Below, piece by piece: positions 8,756 to 17,691 of a stretch of DNA of 32,000 nt. The position numbers and the translations under genes were made by a program. This DNA comes from Mycolicibacterium smegmatis (GTDB lineage: Bacteria > Actinomycetota > Actinomycetes > Mycobacteriales > Mycobacteriaceae): the NCBI RefSeq assembly GCF_001457595.1, contig NZ_LN831039.1, positions 6,810,001 through 6,842,000 on the forward strand, given 5' to 3'. The notes under the pieces are model-generated. The model saw only the letters and a program-made list of their open reading frames with translations, made no database searches and was not told where the DNA came from. Each line of letters begins with the position of its first letter. Position 1 is the stretch's first letter.

Positions 8756-9538
8756 ATGAGCACATCCCTGGTCCACACCGACGTCGCCGACGGCGTCTTC
8801 ACCCTCACCCTCGACGCACCCGACACCGGCAACGCGCTCGACGTCGCGATGACGAATGCCGTTGCGAATGCGCTCGAACGGGCCAACGCCATGCCCGACG
8901 TGCACTGCGTGCTGATCCGATCGAGCGGACGGCATTTCTGTACCGGGGGAAACGTCAAAGACATGGCGCGCGGCACAGATCTGATGGCCGGCACCGCGGC
9001 CGAGGTCCAGCATCGACTCCGCGCGGGGTTGCACCGGATCACCCGGGCACTGCACGGGCTCGAGGTGCCCTCGGTCGCGGCCGTCAACGGTGCGGCCGTG
9101 GGCGCCGGGTTCGATCTCGCGCTGATGTGCGACGTACGTATCGCCGCGCAATCCGCGCGGTTCGCCGAAAGCTTCCTGCGCCTCGGTCTCGTGTCGGGAA
9201 TCGGCGGGGCCTGGTTCCTCACGCGGATCGTCGGGGTCGCCAAGGCGATGGAACTGACGCTAACCAGCGAGTTCATCACGGCGGAAACTGCACATGAGCT
9301 TCGCATCGTCTCAAGGGTGGTACCCGACGAGGACCTGGACCAGGAGTGCCTGGCCCTGGCCCGCACGGTCGCGGCCAACCCGCCACAGGCGCTGCGGATG
9401 GCCAAACGTCTGGTTCGGGAATCTGCCGAGTCCGGGCTTCCGGCCGCACTGGAAATGGCCGCGTCGATGCAGGCGATCCTGCTGTGCGGCGACGAACACC
9501 GCAGCAGGGTTCAACAGTTCCTTGCCGCGAGAAACTGA
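8756..9538 (+). CDS. Enoyl-CoA hydratase/isomerase family protein
   Basis: 260 aa crotonase fold; GRHFCTGGNVKDM oxyanion loop, AAVGAGFDLALMCDVRIAA. Confidence 0.93.
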   Translation: MSTSLVHTDVADGVFTLTLDAPDTGNALDVAMTNAVANALERANAMPDVHCVLIRSSGRHFCTGGNVKDMARGTDLMAGTAAEVQHRLRAGLHRITRALHGLEVPSVAAVNGAAVGAGFDLALMCDVRIAAQSARFAESFLRLGLVSGIGGAWFLTRIVGVAKAMELTLTSEFITAETAHELRIVSRVVPDEDLDQECLALARTVAANPPQALRMAKRLVRESAESGLPAALEMAASMQAILLCGDEHRSRVQQFLAARN

Positions 9539-9559
9539 TCATCTCAACGAGGAGATACC

Positions 9560-10915
9560 GTGTCCGGCAAAGAATCCAAGACCGGGATCATGCAGATCCT
9601 GAGCACGTCGAGTATCGGTGCGATGCTCGAGTACTACGACTTCTTCGTCTACGTCGCCCTCACCGGCACGCTCACCGAACTGTTCCTGCCCGCCGGGGAC
9701 AGGACGGTCGCGATGCTGCTGGGCGCGGCCACCTTCGGGGTGTCCTACCTCGCCCGACCGCTCGGCACGGTGATCTTCAGCCCGATGTCCGACCGGATCG
9801 GCCGTAAGAAGACCTTCGTTTTCACCCTCGCGGTCATGGGTGTCGCGACGGTCGCGATCGGGTGCCTGCCCACCTACGCCGCGATCGGGGTATGGGCACC
9901 GGCGATGCTGCTGTTCCTGCGAATCGTCCAAGGCGTGGGACTCGGCGGCGAATACGGATCGGCCGTCGTGTACGTGACAGAACACGCTCCCGCCGAACGC
10001 CGGGGACGCTACACGAGCGTGCTGCAGAGCACCGCGACCGTCGGCCTGCTGTTCGCGCTCGTGCTCGTGTCACTGCTCAAGGTGCTCCTGTCGGACGAGG
10101 CGTTCACCAGCTGGGGATGGCGCGTGCCGTTCCTGGTCTCGGCACCGATCGTGCTGGTCGCCACCCTGATTCGACTGCGGATGCAAGAAACACCGGTGTT
10201 CACCGCACTTCAGGATTCCGGGCAGCTGTCGAAGACACCCCTGCTGGACACCGTCCGCACCTGGAGTTCCTGGAAGTCGATCCTTCTCGGCATGTTCGGT
10301 GCCCAGGGCGGCACGTCGGTCACGCTGTACACCTCGATCATCTACATGCTGTACTTCCTGCAGCATGTGCTCGAGGTCGACCAGACCCACACCAACCTGT
10401 GCCTCGCCGTCGCGATTGTCATTGCGGCACCGTGCTATCCGTTGTTCGGCGCATGGTCCGACCGTGTCGGCCGGTCCCGCGTCATGCTGACGGGCATCGT
10501 GCTGTGGATGCTCGCCGCGTATCCCGCCTTCGCGGGTATCCGCACTGCGGTCGGGTCGTCCTCGTGGGTCACGGTTTCCGCGCTCATCTCGGTGCTCGCC
10601 GTACTCACCGCCATGGTCATGGCCCCACTGCCCGCATTCATCACCGAACAGTTCCCGCCACAGAGTCGCACCACTGGCTTCGGTTTCGCCCAGCAGTTGG
10701 GCAACATCCTGTTCGGCGGTTTCCTCCCGTTGATCAGCCTGTCGCTCGTCGACGCCACCGGGAACCAACTGGCCGGGGTCGGATACTCCATCGCGTCACT
10801 CATACCGTGCCTGGCCGTGACACTGTTTTGGGGTCTGCGTTCCGAACGGTCCCGCCGTCACGACATCTCGGCCCGGTCGGCACTTTCCGTCCGGCGCGAA
10901 CCCCAGACGCTGTGA
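9560..10915 (+). CDS. MFS transporter, metabolite:H+ symporter (MHS) type
   Basis: 451 aa; IGAMLEYYDFFVY, YLARPLGTVIFSPMSDRIGRKKTFVFTL, RIVQGVGLGGEYG. Confidence 0.9.
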   Translation: MSGKESKTGIMQILSTSSIGAMLEYYDFFVYVALTGTLTELFLPAGDRTVAMLLGAATFGVSYLARPLGTVIFSPMSDRIGRKKTFVFTLAVMGVATVAIGCLPTYAAIGVWAPAMLLFLRIVQGVGLGGEYGSAVVYVTEHAPAERRGRYTSVLQSTATVGLLFALVLVSLLKVLLSDEAFTSWGWRVPFLVSAPIVLVATLIRLRMQETPVFTALQDSGQLSKTPLLDTVRTWSSWKSILLGMFGAQGGTSVTLYTSIIYMLYFLQHVLEVDQTHTNLCLAVAIVIAAPCYPLFGAWSDRVGRSRVMLTGIVLWMLAAYPAFAGIRTAVGSSSWVTVSALISVLAVLTAMVMAPLPAFITEQFPPQSRTTGFGFAQQLGNILFGGFLPLISLSLVDATGNQLAGVGYSIASLIPCLAVTLFWGLRSERSRRHDISARSALSVRREPQTL

Positions 10916-10939
10916 ACCCGCGTACGATTGTCGGGCGTG

Positions 10940-11827
10940 ATGGCCCGACGGGACCAGCTACCACCCTTGAATCCCACCAGGGTGTTCGAGGTGACGGGCC
11001 GGCTGCTGAGCGTCTCCAAGGCCGCGGCCGAACTCTCGGTCACACCGGCCGCGGTCAGCCGCCAGGTACGGGCGCTGGAGCACTTCCTGGGCGTGCGCCT
11101 GTTCAACCGCGCCCCCAGCGGGTTGGAGCTGACGCCCGCGGGGGCCCGCTATCTGGCCGAGATCGGGCCGCTGTTCACGGCCCTGGAGAAGGCCACGGAG
11201 GCGGTGCGGCCCGGGGCGCGGAGCACGACGCTGAAGATCCGCTCCCCCGCCACATTCGCGGTGCGGTGGCTGATCCCACGGTTCGCGAGCTTTCACCGCC
11301 TGCACCCGGAGATCGACGTCCAGCTCACCACGTCACCGGCGCCGATCGACCTCGAACGCGAGGATCTCGATGCCGGCGTGCAACTGGGCGACGGCGATTG
11401 GCCCGGGGTACGCACACAGCCGCTGATCCCCAACGAACTGGTCCCGGTCGTGGCGCCACATGCGCGAACCGGTCTCACCGATCCCGCCGCATTGGCCGAC
11501 GCCACACTGCTGCACTCATTGGCACGGATCGACGACTGGGCCCGGTGGTTACAGGCCGCCGGGGTGGATACATCAGGCGCATACAGCGGGATGAGGTATG
11601 AGACGTCGCTGCTGGCCTATCAGGCCGCCATCGAGGGCCACGGCGTCGCGATCGCGCAGAAGGCGCTGGTGCAGAAGGAACTTGCCGACGGGTCTCTCGT
11701 CATGCCGTTCGATTTCGTCCTCGACGAGGGCCGCCGCACCTACTACTTCGTCTGGCATGCGCAGCGCAGGCCCTCCGCGGCGCTCAGCGCGTTCCGCGAG
11801 TGGCTCACCACCGCCGTCGACAACTGA
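10940..11827 (+). CDS. LysR-family transcriptional regulator (GcvA-like)
   Basis: 295 aa; N-terminal HTH PPLNPTRVFEVTGRLLSVSKAAAELSVTPAAVSRQVRALEHFLGVRLFNRAPSGLELTPAG. The ORF track extends to the TTG at 10928. Confidence 0.92.
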   Translation: MARRDQLPPLNPTRVFEVTGRLLSVSKAAAELSVTPAAVSRQVRALEHFLGVRLFNRAPSGLELTPAGARYLAEIGPLFTALEKATEAVRPGARSTTLKIRSPATFAVRWLIPRFASFHRLHPEIDVQLTTSPAPIDLEREDLDAGVQLGDGDWPGVRTQPLIPNELVPVVAPHARTGLTDPAALADATLLHSLARIDDWARWLQAAGVDTSGAYSGMRYETSLLAYQAAIEGHGVAIAQKALVQKELADGSLVMPFDFVLDEGRRTYYFVWHAQRRPSAALSAFREWLTTAVDN

Positions 11828-11907
11828 CCGAACCGTTCTGACATCGCCAACCCCGGAGAGGCCCGCCGAGCCGTGACCGACTACACAACAATGAAAACAG
11901 CCGGCCG

Positions 11908-12651
11908 GTGGCCGGGGTGGGCCTAATCCGCCTCGACCGGCCGGACGCGCTCAACGCGCTCAATCAAACGCTGGAGGCCGAGGTCCTCGATGCCGCACGT
12001 GATTTCGATTCCGACCCCGAGATCGGCGCCATCGTGGTGACCGGTTCTGAGCGTGCGTTCGCGGCCGGCGCCGACATCGCCGAGATGGTCACCCTCACCC
12101 CGCACCAGGCGCGGGAGCGAAACCTGTTGTCGGGCTGGGACTCTCTGACGCAGGTCCGAAAACCGATCGTCGCGGCGGTCGCCGGCTACGCCCTGGGCGG
12201 TGGCTGCGAACTCGCCATGCTGTGCGACCTGGTCATCGCGGCCGACACGGCCAGATTCGGCCTGCCCGAGATCACCCTCGGCATCCTGCCGGGTCTCGGT
12301 GGGACGCAACGGCTCGCGCGGGCGATCGGGAAGGCCAAGGCCATGGACCTGTGCCTCACGGGGCGCAGCCTGACCGCCGAAGAGGCCGAGAGGGTGGGCC
12401 TCGTCAGCCGCATCATCCCGGCTGCCGCTCTGCTCGACGAAGCCCTCGCCGTCGCGCAGCGCATCGCGAGCATGTCGCGCCCGGCGAGCAGGGCGGTCAA
12501 GGACGCGATCAACGAGGCGTTCGAGAGGCCGTTGTCCGAGGGCATGCGATACGAACGTGAAGCCTTCTACGCCATGTTCGACACCAACGACCAGACCGAG
12601 GGCATGACCGCGTTCCTGGAGAAACGTTCGCCGCAGTTCACCGACCGATGA
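11908..12651 (+). CDS. Enoyl-CoA hydratase (EchA8/crotonase-like); the 5' end probably begins at GTG 11873 in another frame (see findings)
   Basis: [79 protein letters not shown]. Confidence 0.9.
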   Translation: MAGVGLIRLDRPDALNALNQTLEAEVLDAARDFDSDPEIGAIVVTGSERAFAAGADIAEMVTLTPHQARERNLLSGWDSLTQVRKPIVAAVAGYALGGGCELAMLCDLVIAADTARFGLPEITLGILPGLGGTQRLARAIGKAKAMDLCLTGRSLTAEEAERVGLVSRIIPAAALLDEALAVAQRIASMSRPASRAVKDAINEAFERPLSEGMRYEREAFYAMFDTNDQTEGMTAFLEKRSPQFTDR

Positions 12652-12662
12652 GCAGACGGGCC

Positions 12663-13103
12663 CTACTCAGGGGTGACCCGCATCTCCTGGCCCGGGTGCG
12701 AACTGAGGGTGACCACCACCGTCCCGCTGCCGGGGTCGATGGTCTTGTTGGCGTACCCGATGAAACCGTAGTGCCCGTCGATCGTGGACACCGCGGTGAT
12801 GTCCTCGCTCCCCGAAGCGCCCGTGTCGAGGTTCTTCCAGTCGGCGGTCACGGTGATCGTGCACGAGCCGTCGTAGATGCCCGCGTCGTAGTTGATGGTC
12901 ACCCGCACCCCGTCGTGCACCTGGTAGTCGACCTGCACAGGCACCACCATGGCCTCACCGCGGACGGTGCCGCCACATGTGGGCGACGGCTGTACGGGGG
13001 CCCAGTCCAGATACGCGACCGGCTCGGCGTATGCAGTGCCGGGAAACAACCAGGGCACGGTCAGGGCCACAACAAGGGCACCGGCGGCACGGAATGCGGT
13101 CAT
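12663..13103 (-). CDS. Small secreted hypothetical protein with signal peptide
   Basis: 146 aa: MTAFRAAGALVVALTVPWLFPGTAYAEP signal peptide followed by SPTCGG...DGSCTITVTADW. This is the genuine C-terminal piece of the 669 aa ORF in the track. Confidence 0.75.
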   Translation of the reverse strand: MTAFRAAGALVVALTVPWLFPGTAYAEPVAYLDWAPVQPSPTCGGTVRGEAMVVPVQVDYQVHDGVRVTINYDAGIYDGSCTITVTADWKNLDTGASGSEDITAVSTIDGHYGFIGYANKTIDPGSGTVVVTLSSHPGQEMRVTPE

Positions 13104-13147
13104 GTTGTCCTTATCGACGATCGTCCCTGTCGCGTTAGCTCGCGCGC

Positions 13148-13795
13148 TCACGGCAGCCGCGACTGCAACACCGTCACGCCGGGTCCGGTGAGCCGGTCGA
13201 GTGCGACGGTACGCCCGCACACGGCAAGCATCACCGCCGCGCCCGGGCCTCGGATCTCCTGACCCGCACCCCACGTCCGCCCGGTGTCCTCGTCGCGCAG
13301 CGCGAGGCCGCGCAGGCGCCGCTGCGGGAAGAAGCCGAACTGGGTTCGGCTGGTGAGGAAGTCGAGCACCCAGGCGACGTGTTCCGGATCGGGCCGGTGC
13401 GCGAGCCCCAGCGGGATGCGGATGTCCGCACCGTGGACCAGCACGTCGGTGAGCCCGGACAGCGGCCCGGTGATGGGTGGGCTCAGGCGAAAATCGGCCT
13501 GGGTGCGCAACGTCTCGGCGATCTCGGCCGCGGAGGCTTGCGCACGCCGACGGGCCAGGGCGTCGATGCCCTTGTCCATGTTGCCGTGCCGGATGCCGCT
13601 GACGAGAAAACCCCGGAAACCGTCGGAGAAATCGCTCACCAGATGCGCGGCCACGGTCTTCACATCCCAGCCGCCGCACAGACTGGGCGTCGCCAACTGT
13701 TCCGGTGTGAGGCCGTCGATCAGATCCGCGATCCCGCGGCGTTCGTGGGCGACCGCGTCGAAAACCCGGTCGCGCTCCGCTGTACTCAGCCGCAC
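13148..13795 (-). CDS. Maleylpyruvate isomerase / mycothiol-dependent enzyme-like (TIGR03083-type) protein
   Basis: 215 aa; ERRGIADLIDGLTPEQLATPSLCGGWDVKTVAAHLVSD, VLVHGADIRIPLG. Confidence 0.82.
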   Translation of the reverse strand: MRLSTAERDRVFDAVAHERRGIADLIDGLTPEQLATPSLCGGWDVKTVAAHLVSDFSDGFRGFLVSGIRHGNMDKGIDALARRRAQASAAEIAETLRTQADFRLSPPITGPLSGLTDVLVHGADIRIPLGLAHRPDPEHVAWVLDFLTSRTQFGFFPQRRLRGLALRDEDTGRTWGAGQEIRGPGAAVMLAVCGRTVALDRLTGPGVTVLQSRLP

Positions 13796-13832
13796 ATCCG
13801 CAGACTACCGGCGCGTGCAACACTGAGATTTC

Positions 13833-14705
13833 ATGGATCTCGCCTACAGTCACGTCGACGTCTTCAGCCGGGTCCCGTTCGGCGGCAACAGCCTGCCGGT
13901 GTTTCCCGATGCCCGCGGTCTCAGCGGCGAACAGATGCTGCGCATCACCCAGGAGATGCGGCACTTCGAAGCGATCTTCCTCGAATCCACCGATCAACCC
14001 GATACCGTGCGTGCGCGGATCTTCGATCTGTTCGACGAACTGCCGTTCGCCGGGCACCCGATCATCGGCGCGGCCGCGGTCCTGCACAGACGCTCCGGCA
14101 TCGCCACGCCATGCACCTGGCGGTTCCAACTGGCCGCCGCGACGGTCGAGATCACCACAGAATCCACGGCCGCGGGTTACTCGGGTGTGCTCGACCAGGG
14201 CACTCCGGAATTCCTGGGCCAGGTGGATGACCGCGATCAGGTCGCCGCGGCGTTCGATCTTGTGCCCGACGACCTCGCAGCCGACCTGCCCATGGAGGTG
14301 GTGAGCACGGGGCTTCGCTACCTGATCGTCCCCGTCGGCCCGGGCGCCCTGGCGCGGGGCCGGATATCTCGGGACATCACCGAGATGTTGCGTGGATTCG
14401 GCGCCCAGTTCGCGGTGTTGTTCGACGAATCCGCCGTCGAGGTACGGCACTGGAACAACGACGGCATCATCGAGGACGTCGCGACCGGTAGCGCCGCGGG
14501 GGTGATCGGCGCCTACCGCCTGCGCCACGGCCTGGTCAGCGGCGGTGAGTCCTTCGTGCTGCGGCAGGGGCAGTACACCGGTCGTCCCAGCACTCTGCGT
14601 GTACTCGCCGAGGGCAGCACCGACTACGTCGAGACGGTCAAGGTCGGCGGCGACGTCTCGTTCGTGGGGCACGGTGTGATCGAAGTGCTGCCGGGCGCAC
14701 GTTGA
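13833..14705 (+). CDS. PhzF family phenazine-biosynthesis-like isomerase
   Basis: 290 aa; YSHVDVFSRVPFGGNSLPVF, ELPFAGHPIIGAAAVLH, C-terminal GGDVSFVGHGVIEV. Confidence 0.9.
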   Translation: MDLAYSHVDVFSRVPFGGNSLPVFPDARGLSGEQMLRITQEMRHFEAIFLESTDQPDTVRARIFDLFDELPFAGHPIIGAAAVLHRRSGIATPCTWRFQLAAATVEITTESTAAGYSGVLDQGTPEFLGQVDDRDQVAAAFDLVPDDLAADLPMEVVSTGLRYLIVPVGPGALARGRISRDITEMLRGFGAQFAVLFDESAVEVRHWNNDGIIEDVATGSAAGVIGAYRLRHGLVSGGESFVLRQGQYTGRPSTLRVLAEGSTDYVETVKVGGDVSFVGHGVIEVLPGAR

Positions 14706-14717
14706 CCCGACCGCCCG

Positions 14718-16520
14718 TCACGGCTGGAACAGGATGCCGTCGTCGGACGCGCGTGCCAGCAGTTCGGGAATCGTCAGCTCGCCATAACCTTCGTGCACCG
14801 GTCCGCGTGCCGTGCCAAGGAACGGCACCACACCTGGATCGGGCGTGACGTCGAGGTGGTAGGCCTGCACGCCGGGCAGGTGGTACTGGAAGAAGTTCAT
14901 CAGGTAATCGACGAGGAAGATGACGCTGCCGGTCACGCTCGTGCCCCACAGCGTGGAGGCGTTGTACAGCGGCGTCATGGCGGCCGGATCTCCGATCATC
15001 ACGATGGGTCCGTAGTGCGGCTTGCTGCCGCCGCCGGGTACGTAGGGCGGCATGAAGGGTTGCAGCCCAGGCAGATCCGTGGCCATGTACGGCGCGGAAC
15101 TGCCGTAGGTGCCGATGTTGACGAACATCGAGTCGGCGCCGTTGCCGGGGACCGTGGTGTTGATGCCCGGTGCCTCGAATCCGATGCCCGCCAGCCCGGT
15201 CTGCTGTGCGACGTACTGGGCTTCCCAACCGCCGAGTGAATGGCCCGTGACGAAGATGTCGTCATCGCTGTAGCCCTGGCGGGCGGCCTCGGCCCGTACC
15301 TGCTGCGCGAAGTCGAGCGCGTCGTGGAATGCCAGCGGTGTGGTGCCCGTGAACACCACCTGCAGATCGGCGATCACCTGTGGGATCACGATGATGGGGT
15401 TGAACAGCAGATGGGAACCACCCGTGGTGCCCTGGTAGGCGATGATGATCTGCCCCTCCGGTGTCACCCACGCCTTGCCGACCATGCCGGAAACGATGTC
15501 GGTGGACTGCATCTGTTCACCGTCGACCACGAAGGGCTTCAGGCCGCCGGGCGTCGCGCCGAGCACATACGCCGCGGTGGATGCGTTGAGGAACTGCGCC
15601 ACAGTGGGTGTCGGTCGATCGGTGGGACCGTCGTAGACCATCGCGGGCACCACCGGCTGTTCCGGCGGAGTGTCGTGCAGCCCCATCAGTCGCTCGATCT
15701 CGCGGAACGTCCCGAAGATCAGATCGTTGACCGGCGCCAGACTGACCGGCAGGGTGGGGCTGTTCGCCGACGAGGTGAAGTCCAACACATCCAGTACCGC
15801 GTTGACGACGCGGCCCGGCAGCGCACGAAGCTGCGCGGCCGGTGAGAGTGGTTGCGGCGGAGTCGGTGTGGTCTGGACGGCGGCCGTGCTCGCGACGGGT
15901 GCGAGCGGCGCCTCGTCAGATGGTGGCGCCGCCGGTGTTGCGGCAACCGCGTGAGCGGTGCGGGGAGCGAGGGTGAGGCGCCGCTCGGGCCGGTGGGCTT
16001 CTCGGACGATGGCCGTCAGCGACTGCCGGTGTCCGTCGCGTGTGGTCGGCGGCGTGGGTTCAGGCGCGGCCGCGACCGGGTCGGCCCGTGTGACGACAGG
16101 CCGGGCGGGCGCATCGGGTGTGGTTGTGCCCTTCGGTCTGCGCTCGGGGCGGGTCCAACGCGACTTCGTCTTGTCGAGCGTGGATTTCATCCGGTCCGAG
16201 AAGTCGGAGATGCGGGTCTCGGACTTCTTGAGCCGGGGACCGGGAAACGGTCTGCCGGTGCTCGGTCGGCTGCCGGCGCGATCCCCGCGGATGGTCGTGC
16301 CCGCTCGCGATGGTGTCTGCGAGGCACGACGTGCGCTCGACGAGGCTTCGCTGCTCGCCGAGGTCGAACTCGATGTCGATGCCGCCCCGGAGTCGGTGGA
16401 CTCGGTGGAGTCGGCCCAGCCGATTCCCGGTGGCGCGAACGCGATCCCGCCGGCGAGCGCCGCCGCCGCGAATCCGTACCGAAACCTTCTGCCCCTCAGA
16501 CGACTTCGCGACCGTTTCAC
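14718..16520 (-). CDS. Secreted lipase / alpha-beta hydrolase with long Ser/Thr/Pro/Arg-rich N-terminal region
   Basis: GTG at 16520 preceded by GAGGGAG; N-terminal signal-like segment (FRYGFAAAALAGGIAFAPPGIGWAD), low-complexity linker, lipase motif DIFVTGHSLGGWEAQYVAQQ. Confidence 0.82.
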   Translation of the reverse strand: MKRSRSRLRGRRFRYGFAAAALAGGIAFAPPGIGWADSTESTDSGAASTSSSTSASSEASSSARRASQTPSRAGTTIRGDRAGSRPSTGRPFPGPRLKKSETRISDFSDRMKSTLDKTKSRWTRPERRPKGTTTPDAPARPVVTRADPVAAAPEPTPPTTRDGHRQSLTAIVREAHRPERRLTLAPRTAHAVAATPAAPPSDEAPLAPVASTAAVQTTPTPPQPLSPAAQLRALPGRVVNAVLDVLDFTSSANSPTLPVSLAPVNDLIFGTFREIERLMGLHDTPPEQPVVPAMVYDGPTDRPTPTVAQFLNASTAAYVLGATPGGLKPFVVDGEQMQSTDIVSGMVGKAWVTPEGQIIIAYQGTTGGSHLLFNPIIVIPQVIADLQVVFTGTTPLAFHDALDFAQQVRAEAARQGYSDDDIFVTGHSLGGWEAQYVAQQTGLAGIGFEAPGINTTVPGNGADSMFVNIGTYGSSAPYMATDLPGLQPFMPPYVPGGGSKPHYGPIVMIGDPAAMTPLYNASTLWGTSVTGSVIFLVDYLMNFFQYHLPGVQAYHLDVTPDPGVVPFLGTARGPVHEGYGELTIPELLARASDDGILFQP

Positions 16521-16547
16521 TGCGAACGACTCTCCCTCGACCCGGCA

Positions 16548-16587
16548 ACACAGCAATGTGACAACACACAATGTCACATTGCTGTGT
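16548..16587. repeat. Perfect 16-bp inverted repeat, 8-nt spacer
   Basis: ACACAGCAATGTGACA (16548-16563) / TGTCACATTGCTGTGT (16572-16587); spacer ACACACAA. Confidence 0.95.
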
Positions 16588-16639
16588 GCCGCAGGGCGCG
16601 ATTCGTCACATTGATCGCACTGGTCTGCCCGTCAGGCGA

Positions 16640-17632
16640 CTACCACGTCCCGTCGGAGACCGTGTCCGCGCTCGCACCACCGATCGGGATCACCGTGCCG
16701 GGTTTCACCGGCACGAACGGATCATCGTCGATGTCGAGCTTCTCCCCGACGCTCTTCACGCGCGAGAGCACCTCGGAGGCTGCCAGGTCACGCGCGTCGG
16801 CGTCGTAGTAGTCGAACCATGGCAGGCCCGCCTCAACGTATGCGTCACGGTCGACGGGCGTGGGCGGCGGCACCTCGCCCGTGATGGCCGTCCACTGCGC
16901 GGCAGAACACAGGTGCACGAACACTCGCAGCGCACCTGATTCGTCGTAGTCGGTGTGCGGACGGTTGTCGGCGTACACCTCCTGGCGCATCCGGCCGCCG
17001 GCGCCCAGGCCCATGGCCGCATCCGCCGTCGGCGGCGCGCACATCAGCGGGCCGTCGTGGCAGTCCTCGACTTCAGACGGCTCCTCAGCGGCGGCCTGTT
17101 CGGCGCGCCACGTCTCGAGCGCCTCGGCGGTCAGACCGACCGCGCGCAACTGGACACCACCATGGGTCTCCTCACCGGTGACCTGCCCCTCGACGGTCGC
17201 GCCGGAACCCAGTGGCACGGCCACGAACTGGCGGATGAACCCCTCGCCCGCGTTGATGCCGTCGAGCCACGGCTGACGTGGCAGGGCCACGTAGTTCTGC
17301 GGGTCGCCGATCAGGCGCTCGATCCACGGCAGGCCGCTCACCGCGCACACCTTGCCCACACCCACCTGCAACGCGGTGGGCTGGTCGGAGTCGAACGACA
17401 GCCACATGGCCTCACGCTGGTAGATCTGCAGCATGATGCCGCCACGCGCGAGCCATTCGACGGGTGCGGTGTCGGGATAGTCCTCAACGCGACGCAGCGG
17501 GAACCGGCCCAGACCGGGTGGCAGCGGATGCAGCCCGGTCTCGGGGATGCGCAGCGTCCGCTGGAACGTCACCCTCACCGGGCCCAGCAGAAGACTGTCA
17601 CTGACGATCCGGACCGGCGCGGTGCGCGTCAT
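16640..17632 (-). CDS. Hypothetical protein
   Basis: 330 aa ORF, ATG start, codon usage consistent with neighbours; no family recognised. Confidence 0.75.
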   Translation of the reverse strand: MTRTAPVRIVSDSLLLGPVRVTFQRTLRIPETGLHPLPPGLGRFPLRRVEDYPDTAPVEWLARGGIMLQIYQREAMWLSFDSDQPTALQVGVGKVCAVSGLPWIERLIGDPQNYVALPRQPWLDGINAGEGFIRQFVAVPLGSGATVEGQVTGEETHGGVQLRAVGLTAEALETWRAEQAAAEEPSEVEDCHDGPLMCAPPTADAAMGLGAGGRMRQEVYADNRPHTDYDESGALRVFVHLCSAAQWTAITGEVPPPTPVDRDAYVEAGLPWFDYYDADARDLAASEVLSRVKSVGEKLDIDDDPFVPVKPGTVIPIGGASADTVSDGTW

Positions 17633-17691
17633 TGTCTACCTCCATGTCGGTGTTCGCCCATATGGGTAGCACCGGGCACCGACAGGTGGGT

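Noticed and set aside
9862-11601. 579 aa plus-strand ORF
   Set aside because: Out-of-frame overlap across the MHS transporter and LysR genes, Arg-rich, no domain.
12663-14672. 669 aa minus-strand ORF as one protein
   Set aside because: Only the last 146 aa (from MTAFRAAG) is credible; the rest runs antisense to PhzF and out of frame through the maleylpyruvate-isomerase-like gene.
16521-16577. Upstream ATG start (MTLCVVTLLCC...) for the lipase
   Set aside because: Falls inside the inverted repeat and has no RBS; GTG 16520 has a good RBS (GAGGGAG) and a signal-like sequence.
16548-16587. Inverted repeat as an intrinsic terminator or CRP site
   Set aside because: No following T-tract on either strand; TGTGA/TCACA half-sites are 12 nt apart rather than 6. 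Kept as an unexplained element instead.
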